DNA from: Basidiobolus meristosporus CBS 931.73
Taxonomy: Eukaryota > Fungi > Basidiobolomycota
Direction: 5' to 3'
DNA: 64,000 nucleotides
Assembly (NCBI GenBank): GCA_002104905.1
Contig: MCFE01000256.1
Span: 48,680 to 112,679 of the forward strand
The stretch's first letter is position 1. Every line of letters begins with the position of its first letter. This document shows positions 1 to 11,690 of the stretch, in pieces. The notes under the pieces are model-generated. The model worked only from the letters and a program-made list of their open reading frames with translations. It made no database searches and was not told the origin of the DNA. A program made the position numbers and the translations under genes.

Positions 1-2064
1 ATCCAAGTTTGAAATACTAACCACAAGGTGCAAAAACCCCCAGATCCCAATTTTGCACCCAACCCACGAGGTCTAATCGGCGGCTTTCTTATAAGTTGTG
101 GACAGCAACATATTTTTGGTTTGGTGTGGAGTGAATCGCATTTACCAGGAATATTTGGGACCATGATCCATTTGCACAATAACATACTAGCACTAAACTT
201 CCACTGGAAATATTTCAGAATATGAGGCGCAACTGCCCACTAAAAATAATTAGAGGCCAAGTAATGGTTCCGTTTAGTCAGCTTCAAGATCGCAGGCACG
301 AACCAATAAATACGATGAAAGCGAAGCAAATGTCACTAAAAAACGAGCAAATTGAGACGGAGCCATCGGGATCAAAAATATTAGAATATTATAGACTATT
401 AGTACGTCCCATGGAAAGCACATGGAGTATGTTTGGCTCTAGTATTGAGTCGGCTATCTGGTGTTCTCATCATCTATATCATCCAGTATTATGACCTAGC
501 CCCACCCTATGGCGCTGGAACAGAAATTACTGGGACCAGATATAAATATTACAATTTTATGTCTTAAACTTGGGTATATATACAGCCTTACTTCAACTGA
601 TATAACTTCGCCATCAGGGAATCGGGGGGTATATCTCACAGAACTCAGCATCTCGGAGTATTGGCAACCTTCTGGGAAACCACAGGCACCTTAGGATCAC
701 CGGATCATGGAATATTTAATGTGAACCAAGAGGGATGGATTTCGCATGAAATCTCACTTTAATTGGCCCATATGTAGATTGTCCTTGCGATTGTTCAAGT
801 ATTGTTCGTTTTGCTACCATGCAATGTGTTCGGTTGCACCAATGGCTAGGTATTTGCCATCCCATCGCCAGCATTTGAATTTTGAATGGTTATCTATGCC
901 TGGATGTACCATCAATCAATCGAATTCTGCTCATGTCTCAGGGGAAGATAGGAATGCATGGGTCTTGAAGCGCACGTGTATCACGGAGTTTGATTGAGGC
1001 CACATGAATTACTATTATGGCAGAACCGTGTGCATGCGACTCCATTGATGATCAGTCGATTCTGTCATCGTGCCACTTTGAATTCACTAAATCAATCTGG
1101 AACCAATCGATTTCGGAATCAATACCTCAAAAAGGTTCAAGAATGGATTTTCAATTCATATATATGCATTTGTTGCTCAAAACCTTATTTCTTTCATGTT
1201 ATGGCGGTTGCGAGCGACGTGCCTCGAGAATGTCGCTAGCCAGAAGATTCGATTCTGCCGGATTGCTTTGGAGCACGGGTCTTTAAGCTAAGGAGAGTCT
1301 GTCGTTGGTTTGGGTTGCCGACATATACATGTGTGTATATCGTCAACGCGATACCTCTACAGGTTGCCTTTAAAAACGCGTCCACCACCCTTGTGTATGT
1401 TGTATTTCCCATGTTTCCGCGTGCATCGATTGTGGAATGGATCGTCGCTGTCTAAAATCGACCCGATTAATCGGATTCAACCATGATGCAATCGTTTATT
1501 CTTAGGAAGTTGGCTTATCCATTCTGGCATAAATCCGATTGATCATTATGACACCATGCATTTGCTGCTACACAACAGCCAGTGTGTATCAGCTCCCTTA
1601 ATACACAGTAAAAGTGGCTGACTATGTAATAGAATGCACTGGCTGTTTCGTCTCCATGAATATAGCTGTCATGGCTCGCATTCTTAGTGTTATCGCTCTG
1701 TGCGATAAACGCCGAGGAGAGATGCGGTGGAAGTTGCTTGACTTGGCCTGCTAATTAAGATGTTCCACCAGTACATGAAACCGTTTACCCCGTGACAACA
1801 CCGCTTAGATATCGGTTACTCGTTGGCCTCCAGTGAGCTATGTAAGACAAATCTATCCGCGCAAGATCAATATAAATTCGAGCGATCCAGCAGTAAATAA
1901 TCTCAGGTGATCCCGCCTATTTGAGTAATGTGCATCGAGGATGAGCTTTATAAACAGTGGAAGTCTTCATTAAGCAGGCCACCACAATCCCACATTTGCG
2001 GTTCCTTTTTAGGTGGCATCTGTTACGCACTCCCTTTTACCTTATACAAAGCTGATTGTTTTCA

Positions 2065-4336
2065 ATGCTGGACCCTGTAACTGCCGTCCCGGCTCTCCTT
2101 GGCGGGTACATTGTCGTTTTTGGACTCATCTCCATGGTCGTTAAAGAATGGCTCTTTCTTTCCGAGGCTTGTGAGTGTCGTTTTTGGGGAATACATGAAA
2201 GTCCATGTCTAACAAGAGGCGCAGTGGTGGCAACCCTGTTTGGGATCGCCATAGGGCCTGCTGTCTTCAATTTCGTAGACCCTTCCGCATGGGGGGATAG
2301 TAACAAGTTGACTTTGGAGTTTGCTCGAATTGTCATCGCCATTCAGGTTGGTCTCCAAGGCGCAATCCTCACTATCCAGCATATTGATCCATTGTTGAAT
2401 GTCCTCTATAGGTGATGGCGGCCGGAATCAACTTGCCCAAGTAAGTTACCCCACAATATGCCATTGAAGTGCGGATGCTTAATAGCAGTCTGGTTTAACA
2501 GGGCATACTTGGTAAAGGAATGGAAATCACTCACTGTGCTTCTGCTACCGGTGATGTTTGTAATGTGGATCATTAGCGCTCTTGCCTTGTACTATTTTCT
2601 TCCGATAAACTTCGTAAGTAGCCAAGAGTGGTAGGCACCAGCACTGCATTGCTAATGAACATATTTCAGCTTGAGGCGTTGCTTATTGGTGCTTGCGTGA
2701 CCCCCACTGATCCGGTAAGCATCTCCATGTATCGCCCCTTGTTGGCCTGTGTACTGAATGGATGGTTCGAAAAGGTGCTGGCAAACTCGATTGTTAAAGG
2801 CAGATTTGCGGAATCTCATGTTCCGGTTCATACCAGAGATATCATATCCGCAGAAAGGTATGACATATCACTCAGTACGCAGCAATAGTTGATACTTACA
2901 ATACTTTCATGTAGTGGTGCAAACGATGGTATGCAGTTCGGAAGTAAAAGGAGGTTTTCTTGCTTTTCCCTCTGATATCTTAATCTAGGACTGGGCTTCC
3001 CCTACTTGTTCTTCGCGTTGTACCTATTGCGAGAGCCTACTACTGGTGAGGCCATGGAAAAGTGGGTCTATATGGTTTGGGGCTATCAAATATTGTTGTC
3101 CATAGCTATTGGTGCCATAGTAGGATACGTGGCCCGCAAACTTCTTTATTATTCGGAAACCAGAGAGTACATCGATAAAGAGTCCTTTTTGGTATTCTCT
3201 ATCGCCTTGACGGTTAGTGCTTTTCTTCTAAATATGCAATTACATCGCTAGTGTACTAACTTGAAGCAGCTGTGTTTGATGGCATGTGTTAAAGTGATTG
3301 ACAGCGATGACCTGTTGTCGGTATTTATTGCTGGAAACTCATTTACATGGGAGTATGCATGCTGAAATCAATGTCGAATTTATTCCTGTAACTGACTGCT
3401 TCATTTGATACTAGTGACTGGTTTCGTAAGGCTACCAAAGAGGCACATTTCCAGGAAGTGATAGATATGATGTTTAATATCTCGTTTTTCGTATATTTCG
3501 GCACCATCATTCCTTGGGCAGCTTTTGAGACGCCCGGCCTGAATCTAAGTGTGATTCGCCTTGGGATGATCGCATTGATTGTCCTTGTTTTGAGAAGACT
3601 CCCAATAGTGGTTTTGATGTCCCGTTGGGTTCCTGCTATCAAAAACTACCGCGAAGCGATCTTTGCTGGGTGGTTTGGCCCAATTGGTGTTGGGGCTATT
3701 TTCTATTGCATGGTGGGAATCGAGGAGATGGATAAATATAATCCCAATGGCTATGTACGAGCCATTATCTTCCCGGTTGTAAGCTTTCTGATCTTGGCGT
3801 CCGTGATTGTCCACGGTGTGACAGTTCCACTGTTCCATCTAACAACCATTGGAACCCGCAGCCTGACCAGATCCGCCACCATTGCGAACTTCGTTAGCAG
3901 GTTGCCAATCATCACCTTGGGTCAAGAGATCATCATTCAGCGTAATAGTACATCTAGCACTACCTACGGCGCTACCTCGACAACCAGAAGAAACGAGACT
4001 ATAGAGCAAGTAGCCGGCTCGTCATCAGGCACTATTGACGCACGACCGAAGTCAATCAGATCAATCAAATCTACTCGCTCCACCGGCTCCTTCGTAGGAA
4101 GGGTTCTGGCTGTTGAAGAAATCGATGACAGTGATCTACCTTCCTTCAGAAACAAAAGGAAATCCATCATAGTAATCGAGCACGATGTTGATGACGAGTT
4201 AGAAAGCGAAGAGGAGCCACTGTTGGTACAGAATCCAAGCCTCCCAGTCACCAATATCTTACAATCCCAAGAAAACCGACATCAACTCAGTAATATCTCC
4301 GTTCATATACCGGCAGCCCCTAATTCCCAAACATAA
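2065..4336 (+). CDS. NHA1: Fungal plasma-membrane Na+(K+)/H+ antiporter (CPA1, Nha1/Sod2 family), 10 exons
   Basis: Joining ORF pieces across 9 GT-AG introns gives LSEALVATLFGIAIGP, IQVMAAGINLPKAYL, ACVTPTDPVLANSIVKGRFAE, ESGANDGLGFPY, DSDDLL, FRKATKEAHFQEVIDMMFN, LRRLP and FAGWFGPIGVGAIFY, then a low-complexity C-terminal tail. Includes a 14-nt micro-exon at 2915-2928. Confidence 0.93.
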
Positions 4337-4484
4337 TATACCCTTTCACCTGTTAATTAGCTCTTCCATATCTACTAGAAGTACCCGCCCGTTGGTGGCT
4401 CATATGCCGTGAATGTAGGCCAGCACTATGCGCTTTTGCTAACCTGATCAATAAATACAGCTACTAAACGGATCCAAAGCTCTA

Positions 4485-4755
4485 TGAAAAATCTCAGAGT
4501 TGGAATTCATTGGATTTTTAGCTGGTGTTTCTGCTTCATATTTTCATTTGCAATTCTTGGTGGAAGTAATGAGGAGCTGATTACCAAATTTGGTATGAGT
4601 GCCATTTGGCCTAGTCTCCCCCTGGAATGGATGTCTGCTTGTCTGTTGTGAAGCTAGTACCTGAGATACTGAGAGTAGTCACTTTTGGGAAAGTTGGAAT
4701 TCAGCTGATATGGTGATGGTATTCTGCTGGCCTTTTCTTTTTTTCTTAAGGTTAT
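4485..4755 (-). repeat. ~270-bp dispersed repeat, copy 1 (inverted relative to copies at 9630-9897 and 40626-40875)
   Basis: Its reverse complement aligns by eye to the other copies, e.g. CCAGCAGAATACCATCACCATATCAGCTGAATTCCAACTTT, ACAAGCAGACATCC and CTCATTACTTCCACCAA. Confidence 0.85.
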
Positions 4756-4983
4756 ATAATCATGATACTCCATGTAGCTGATAGTTGTTTGAATACTGAG
4801 AAGATTCAGGAAGTGAGAGGAAGCTGAGGCTATTTGGTGAGATTGGATGAGTACATGTAACTGTTTGCTAGTTAATCAGGTGAAGAACTGGCTCAAGGTA
4901 TGATGCATTTGCTCTAGTCAATGCCTTGACTACAATGTACCTACTTGCAAGAGAATCCAATACCATGGGATACAAGTACATAT

Positions 4984-7900
4984 TGTTGTAAGAGTCTTGG
5001 AGATATTGGAAGTGATTTGGAGAACAAGTAAATTATGTGGTTTTCACTTAATGATTTATTGAATGTAAAAGTAGTATTGTTGCTTTTACATGATATTGGC
5101 ATTATAAACACGTAGAATAGGTTAAGGAAGGTCCTAAGAACATGTGTGCAAAGTTTGGGGCTGTTTGGACAACTTTGAGAATTTTTATGTTCTGGGTAAA
5201 TATTCTAAGTAAATCCCAACAAGGAATTTGGTCAGTATTCTCTAGGATTTGAAGGTGATGATCTAAGTGACTAATTTAGGTGCATATTTAGGTGGAAATA
5301 CAAATTTTTACAACACTCCCACTCAGCTAAATGTTCATACTGACTAGTCCTAATTTTGACCTAAGATATTCAAACTTGTCTCTAGCTAATGGTTTGGTAA
5401 ATATGTCTGCAATCATTTCATCTGTAGGACAGTAAACTAAGCTAAGTAAGTTATTCTCTATAGCTTCACGTATGAAATGATGTCTAATATCTATGTGCTT
5501 GGTTCTAGCATGAAAAGTTGGATTTCTACCTCATGGTTTACATCCTTGATTATCTTGAAATAAAGTAATAGGCATTTTTTGACATAGGCCTAAATCTGTA
5601 AAAGTTTTCTTAACCAGATTGCTTCTTTTGTAGCTTCACAGGCTGCCATATACTCTGCCTCTGTGGTGGAAAGTGCTACGGTTGGTTGCTTTCTTGAATT
5701 CCATGAAATTGCTCCTTTACAGTAAAGAAAAGTGTATCCTGTGGTGGATCTTCTGTCTTCAAAATTTTGTCCCCAATCAGCATCAGAGTATCCCACAAGA
5801 TCCTGTTCTGAATCCTCATAAGTGTATCTTAAGCAGATATCAGCAGTTCCTTTTAGGTATCTAAAAATCCGCTTGACTGCTGCAATATGATCAGATCCAT
5901 AGTTCTGATTATGTTGGCTGACAACTCCCACTGAATATGAGATATCTGGACGTGTTCCAAGCATGCTGTACATCAGACTGCCAACCATAGATTGATAAGG
6001 AAAGTCAGGGCTTTCAGATGGCACCAAGCTCTCTTGATTTGGTTGAGTTTTGACCAAGTTAAGGCTTGTCTCCATTGGGGTAGCTGCCAGTTTACAGTCT
6101 TCCATTTGGTACTTCTTTAGTATATCTTGAATATACTTGGATTGGCTTAGGGTGATAGTCTGTGTACTTCTGTCTATGGAGAACTTAATCCCTAAGTAGT
6201 AATAAAGTTCTCCTAGATTGGACATCTTGAACTCTTTAGATAGGCTTGATTTAGTCTCTTCCAATGTTGCTAGGTTATTGGCAGCTATAATAAGTTCATC
6301 CACATATAGAGCCAATAGAACTGGATCTGCTCTATCTGGCTTATAGTATACACTATAGTCAGCATTACTTCTTTTGAAACTCAAAGATTCCAAATAGGAA
6401 TCTATCTTGCAATTCCAGGCTCTTGGTAATTGTTTGAGACCATATAGTGACTTTTTAAGCTTGCAGACCAAATGGGGGTTATCTTAGTCAACAAACCCAT
6501 CAGACTGGTCCATATACACATCCTCATTAAGTTCTCCATTCAAAAATGCAGTTTTTACATCCATTTGATGAATAAAAAACTTATATTTGGCTGCAATAGC
6601 CAATATTAATCTGATGGAATTAAACTTGGCTACTGGTGCAAAGGTCTCAGTATAGTCAAGTCCTTTTGTTTGAGAGTATCCTTTGGCTACAAGTCTTGCT
6701 TTGTATCTTTCAATTGTACCATCAGCCTTGTATTTTGTCCTGAAGACCCATCTGCATCCAGTTGATTTTTGGTTGATTGGTAATTTGACTAAGTCCCAAT
6801 TTTGATTTCCCATCAGGGCCTGCTATTCCTCAGTCATTGCAGATCTCCAAAACTTTGTCTGAGGGCTATTTAGGGCCTCTTTTACAGTCTGGAGTTCATC
6901 AATATGGACTGAATAGGCATAGGCTAAGTTTGTACCCTCATTAATATAGTATTTGGGCTATTTCTTGTCTGATTGGATCTCCGGGCATTTGATACTGGAA
7001 TGATCACTTTTGAGATATTCCTGGGCACTGATTCTGGCTGAACCACGGTTATAGAGTCCTCTGGAGTGAAAAAATCTTCATTTTTTTGCTCTGATTCAAT
7101 CCTGACAATTGGTGGACTTGACCAGCTTCTTTACTTTGGTATTGTAGAGTCTGTATGCCTACTCTCAGTGCAGTAGCCCAAAAATATGCATTTTACACTT
7201 TTTGGCTCAAATTTTGACTGATTTCCGGCCAGTTTTTTGGCATATGCTGTACATCCAAATATACTTAGATGTTCTGCACTTGGTCTGTATCCATGCCATG
7301 CTTCAAATGGAGTAGAATCACAAAGTATTCTGTTATAACTCCTATTTTTAAGGTATACAGCAGTGGCAACTGATTCCACCCAAAAATCATAGGATAATTT
7401 TTGATCATGGATCATAGATTTTGCCATATCAATTATTGATCTGTTAGCACATTGTGCTACTCCATTTTGCTGTGGGGAGTATGGTACAGTAGTCTCTTGC
7501 TTTATCCCATGAATTTTGCAGAAGTGGATGAAGAGTTTTGAGGTATATTCTCCACCATTGTCAGAGCATATTTTCTTGATTTTTTCACTAGTTTCTGTCT
7601 CCACCATGGCTTTAAACTCCCTGAACTTAGGCAGAGCTTCTTCCTTTCCCTCCATGAAGAAGACCCATGTGTATCTTGTATAATCATCAATAAAAGTGAT
7701 TAAATACTTTATCCCGCCTAAGGATATATTTTACATAGGTCCACACAGATCTGAGTGAATTAGATCTATTTTTTTTTAGTTTTGATTAATCCAGAGCTCT
7801 TGAACAGTTGTCTGGCTTGTTTCCCATATATGCAGGCTTCACAGTGCTCCAAATTTGCAGGGGGATCAACTTTCACTCCAGAAATTAGCTGATCTTTGAT

Positions 7901-9567
7901 CATTTTGAGCAAATAATACAAATTGATGTGTCCAAATCTCCTGTGCCAAAGCATTGGTGTTTCTTCACTGAAGTTACTTATATTGGCTTCCAAATATGAT
8001 GGAATATAATTCAACTTGTATAGATTCTGATCTCTGATGCCCAAAGCAATATGGGCATCATTTTGATCAGTGATCCTGCATCCAGAATTGTCAAAACTGA
8101 AACTGAGTCCTTCTGCTGTGGCCTTTCTTACAGAGAGTAGGCTCTTGGCTATTTGTGGTACATAGAGTACTCCTTTAAAGGTCAGTGTATGGCTTCCTTC
8201 ACTGCTTCTAAGGTTTACTTGGATAGTTCCTTCTCCCACTGCATCAAGTGTTCCACTGTCACCCATTAAAACCTTCTTAATTGGAATTTCTTGATATTGG
8301 GTAAAAAGTTCTTTTTGGTGTGTAAAGTGTTGAGAAGCTCCAGAGTCAATATACCACGTCTGAGAATCCTTGTTTGTGGTCATATTTAGTGCAGATATGA
8401 ATAGTCTATCTTCAGTTGTTGCAGCATTTCCATATTCAGGCTTCTTTTGCTGATTATCTTTCTTTTTGAGACACCAGTCTGATGTGTGTCCTTTCCTTTT
8501 GCAGAAGTTACAAAACAGGTTGCTGTTGCCTTTGTAGGGTCTTGGGTACCTCCTTTGTTGGTTATCATTGCTTATTAAAGCATTTTCTTCTTCCTTCTTA
8601 TTGGCGCTTGATTTTCTTAATTCTTCATCCAGGAGCCTTCCATATACGTAATTTAAGGTCAAATCTTCAGTTCTGGACTCTAGGGCTGATACAAGGCCTT
8701 AAAACACATCTGTCAGGCTATTCAGGATGGTAACTATCACATCCTCATCAGTAGTTGGTAAGCCCACAGATTCCATCTCATCTACCAGCAGGGTAATTCT
8801 GTTAATTAGATTTTTCATTTCTTCTCCTGGCAGCATCTTTGTAGTAAAGAATTTTTGTCTCAGATACATTTTCTTAGCAGCTGAACATGACTGGTAGGTG
8901 TCTTCTAATGCTTTCCAGGCATTCTTTGCCGTTTTTGCTCTTGAGCATTGAATTAGCAATTTGTCCTTGACATTAAGGCAAATGCAGTTAAAGGCACTTT
9001 GTTCTTTCTCCTGGTACTTTAAGGCTTCCTCTCCCACGTTTTTAGAAGGGCATTCTTTTCCCATGACAATATCCCCAGGGCCTCTTTCTTGTAGCAGCAT
9101 CTTCATCTTCACCTTCCACACTTGGTAGTTAGATCCATCCAACTTTTCAGCAGAGGGATAAATTCCAGTAATAGCAGTAGTAGACATTGCAGAGAGTGAC
9201 AGCTTGGGGCTCATAACCTGTTGTAAGAGTCTTGGAGATATTGGAAGTGATTTGGAGAACAAGTAGATTGTGTGGTTTTCACTTAATGATTTATTGAATG
9301 TAAAAGTAGTATTTATGCTTTTACATGGTCTTAGCATTACAAACACGTAGAATAGGTTAAGGAAGATCCCAAGAACATGTGTGCAAAGCTTGGGGCTGTT
9401 TGGACAACCTTGAGAATTTTCATGTTCTGGGTACCTGGTATTTTGGTGAAAATATTACTAGTAAATCCTGACAAGGAATTTGGTCAGTATTCTCTAGGAT
9501 TTGAAGGTGGTGATCTAAGTAATTAAGTTAGGTGAATATTTAGGTGGAAATACAAATTTTTACAACA
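4984..9567 (-). mobile_element. Ty1/copia LTR retrotransposon, full-length but decayed (copy A)
   Basis: TG..CA LTRs at 4984-5315 and 9219-9567 differ by roughly 7% plus a ~17-bp indel. PBS GGTTATGAGCCCC at 9206-9218; PPT GAGTGGGAG abuts the left LTR; flanks CATAT/CATAA. Gag (CX2CX4HX4C), protease (WYIDSGAS), integrase, RT and RNase H (YSDADWG) are in copia order but broken by stops, frameshifts and an 80-bp deletion. Confidence 0.97.
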
Positions 9568-9629
9568 CATAATACATTGCAAACAAATTTCAGTAATATC
9601 TTTTCCAAAAAAGCTACTGTAGTGCAATA

Positions 9630-9897
9630 CATACCCTAAGAAAGGAATTAAGCACAGACCAGCAGAACACCATCACAATATCTGCTGAATTCCAACTTTG
9701 TCAAAAGCAACTGCTCTCAGTATCACATGTACTAGCTTTACAGCATACAAGCAGACATCCTTTCCACAGAGAGACTAGACCAATTGGTAACTGGCTGCTC
9801 ATTACTTCCACCAAAAATTGCAACAGAAAACATGAAGCAGTTATACCAGCAAAATACCAGATAAAAATTCAATGAACTCAAACTTTGAGATTTTGCA
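9630..9897 (+). repeat. ~270-bp dispersed repeat, copy 2
   Basis: Aligns by eye with the reverse complement of 4485-4755. Confidence 0.85.
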
Positions 9898-11479
9898 ATG
9901 GGGTATTGTGGTGCTATAGCATACCCTAAAATGTATCAGCTTACTACAAATATCTGCATTGTACTTAATGGAAAATATTACCATAAGCTATAAAGCAAAA
10001 GCTAATCTGAGGATATGTGCAGCTATGCCTTAGTGTTAGAGCTTACTTTATGTGCACTTAGCTAGTGAAAAACCAGTAAAGCCTGCTGGCTACTGATTAT
10101 CATAGGTTTGAATATGACATTGTCACTGTTGTATTAGGGCAGATATTTGCTGGTTGTATTAATGCAATATGGTCCCTAAATTCTGCCTAATCTTTATAGC
10201 AACTTGCATCCATATTGAATGATGTTTAGAAGTTACTACCACAGGCCATTACCAAATTGGCATTAAGTAAAGTTCACAGTCTCATAGGCAAGGAGGATAT
10301 AAAAACTATAAGTAAAACCTCTAATATTTGTGATCCCAATATATTGTGTAAATGGTGGATGTGATAGATTTAGCAAGTTTAATCATAACTCTTATGGGTT
10401 CTCATTCTCCAAGTACTAGCAATATGAACATTCTCCTTCTATAAAGCAAATATAGAGAATCCTCTGTTTAAGCTTCTCACAACAGATATGTTGAAGTGAG
10501 TTAGTTAGACCAAAGACTCTGCATTAAGGTACAAGTATTTACTTTATATCCAATACTGGTTACACATATGTTCAAAAGGCATTTGAAGCTTATTGAGCCA
10601 CTTGCAACACTAAGTCGCCATGAGGGAATATGTGGGATATTGAAGTGTGCAAATTACTGTAAATAACTTGTATGAGTTTCAATTGATACTAAAAGCATAA
10701 AATCATGTAAATGTTAAGGGTCGATGGGTTGGATATATATATGTACAACAGACCTTCTTATTCAGCTTCTATCAGTAACATACTGGAGGTTTTGGAAACT
10801 GTATGCAAAGGTTGCCAGAATATGCATCCAGAAAGAGATTGTCCGTGTTCATCTATTATATATGTTGCTATCATGCAAAGAGTTGGTGATGGGATCTGAA
10901 CAGCTCTTTCATGAGCATTAAGCAGAATGCATGGATTTATGCTTCCGTGATGTGTATTCTGTACTCCTTTTTGCTTGACATGTAAATACCTGAGCTATAA
11001 TCTCGCCTTCTGAGAACTTCTGTGGAGCAGCTGTGCTGAGAGATAAGGCAAAAAGTAAAATCTCATTTAATTGTAAGGAACCATTAATATTGAAGGGTGT
11101 AAGCTTGGGGGAGCATATAATTGTGTTGATACTATGATGGCATTTTACTGGCCTTTCAATAAATTTTCTCATAGGGTATATGAGTTACTCCAGTAGTGAA
11201 GAAGAACATGATATCAGGAGTATGTAAATGGTACAAATGTGCGCAGCAAGAAAAAGAACGCAGCTTTAAGACAACGATTAGTAGCATAACTATATTAATA
11301 TGATATAACATCTATGTCCATTAAAAATATCAAACCTGGATACTGTATTGCATTCTGCCAGTGGTTTGCTGGCATTCCTCTGGCATTTTGCTTATGCAGT
11401 ACATGCATTTCTCAGGAAGCTGCATAGAGATAACAAAAGTTATAAGACAAATAAGTAGAAACTATTGCTTCTGCTTGGC

Positions 11480-11690
11480 AATTTATTGAATGGCATAGTA
11501 GTACTTATACAAGGTCACGGCAAATCCAACCACTCAATATACTTAGAAGGAACCAAAATGCATAATATGCTTAAGAAGATCCCAAAGAGTGTGCGGAATG
11601 CTTTGGGGCTGTTCGGCAGCTTTGAGGCCTTTCCTGTTCTGAGTACCAGAAATTTTAATAAAATATTCCTAGAAGATTCCAACAAAGCGC
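11480..11690 (-). mobile_element. Highly degraded LTR fragment of the copia family
   Basis: Collinear residual matches to the LTR: ATTTATTGAATG, CTTTGGGGCTGTT, TGTTCTGAGTACC, AAAATATTCC, CCAACAAAG. Confidence 0.6.

Noticed and set aside
1-2000. Short ORFs at the window start
   Set aside because: No motifs or splice-consistent model; treated as intergenic or promoter sequence.
10650-10850. - strand peptide NLFLDAYSG resembling a pogo/DDE_1 transposase or gypsy RT motif
   Set aside because: The downstream motif (QPLD..N or HQI) does not align without gaps and the frame is full of stops; at most an unclassifiable CpG-poor relic.
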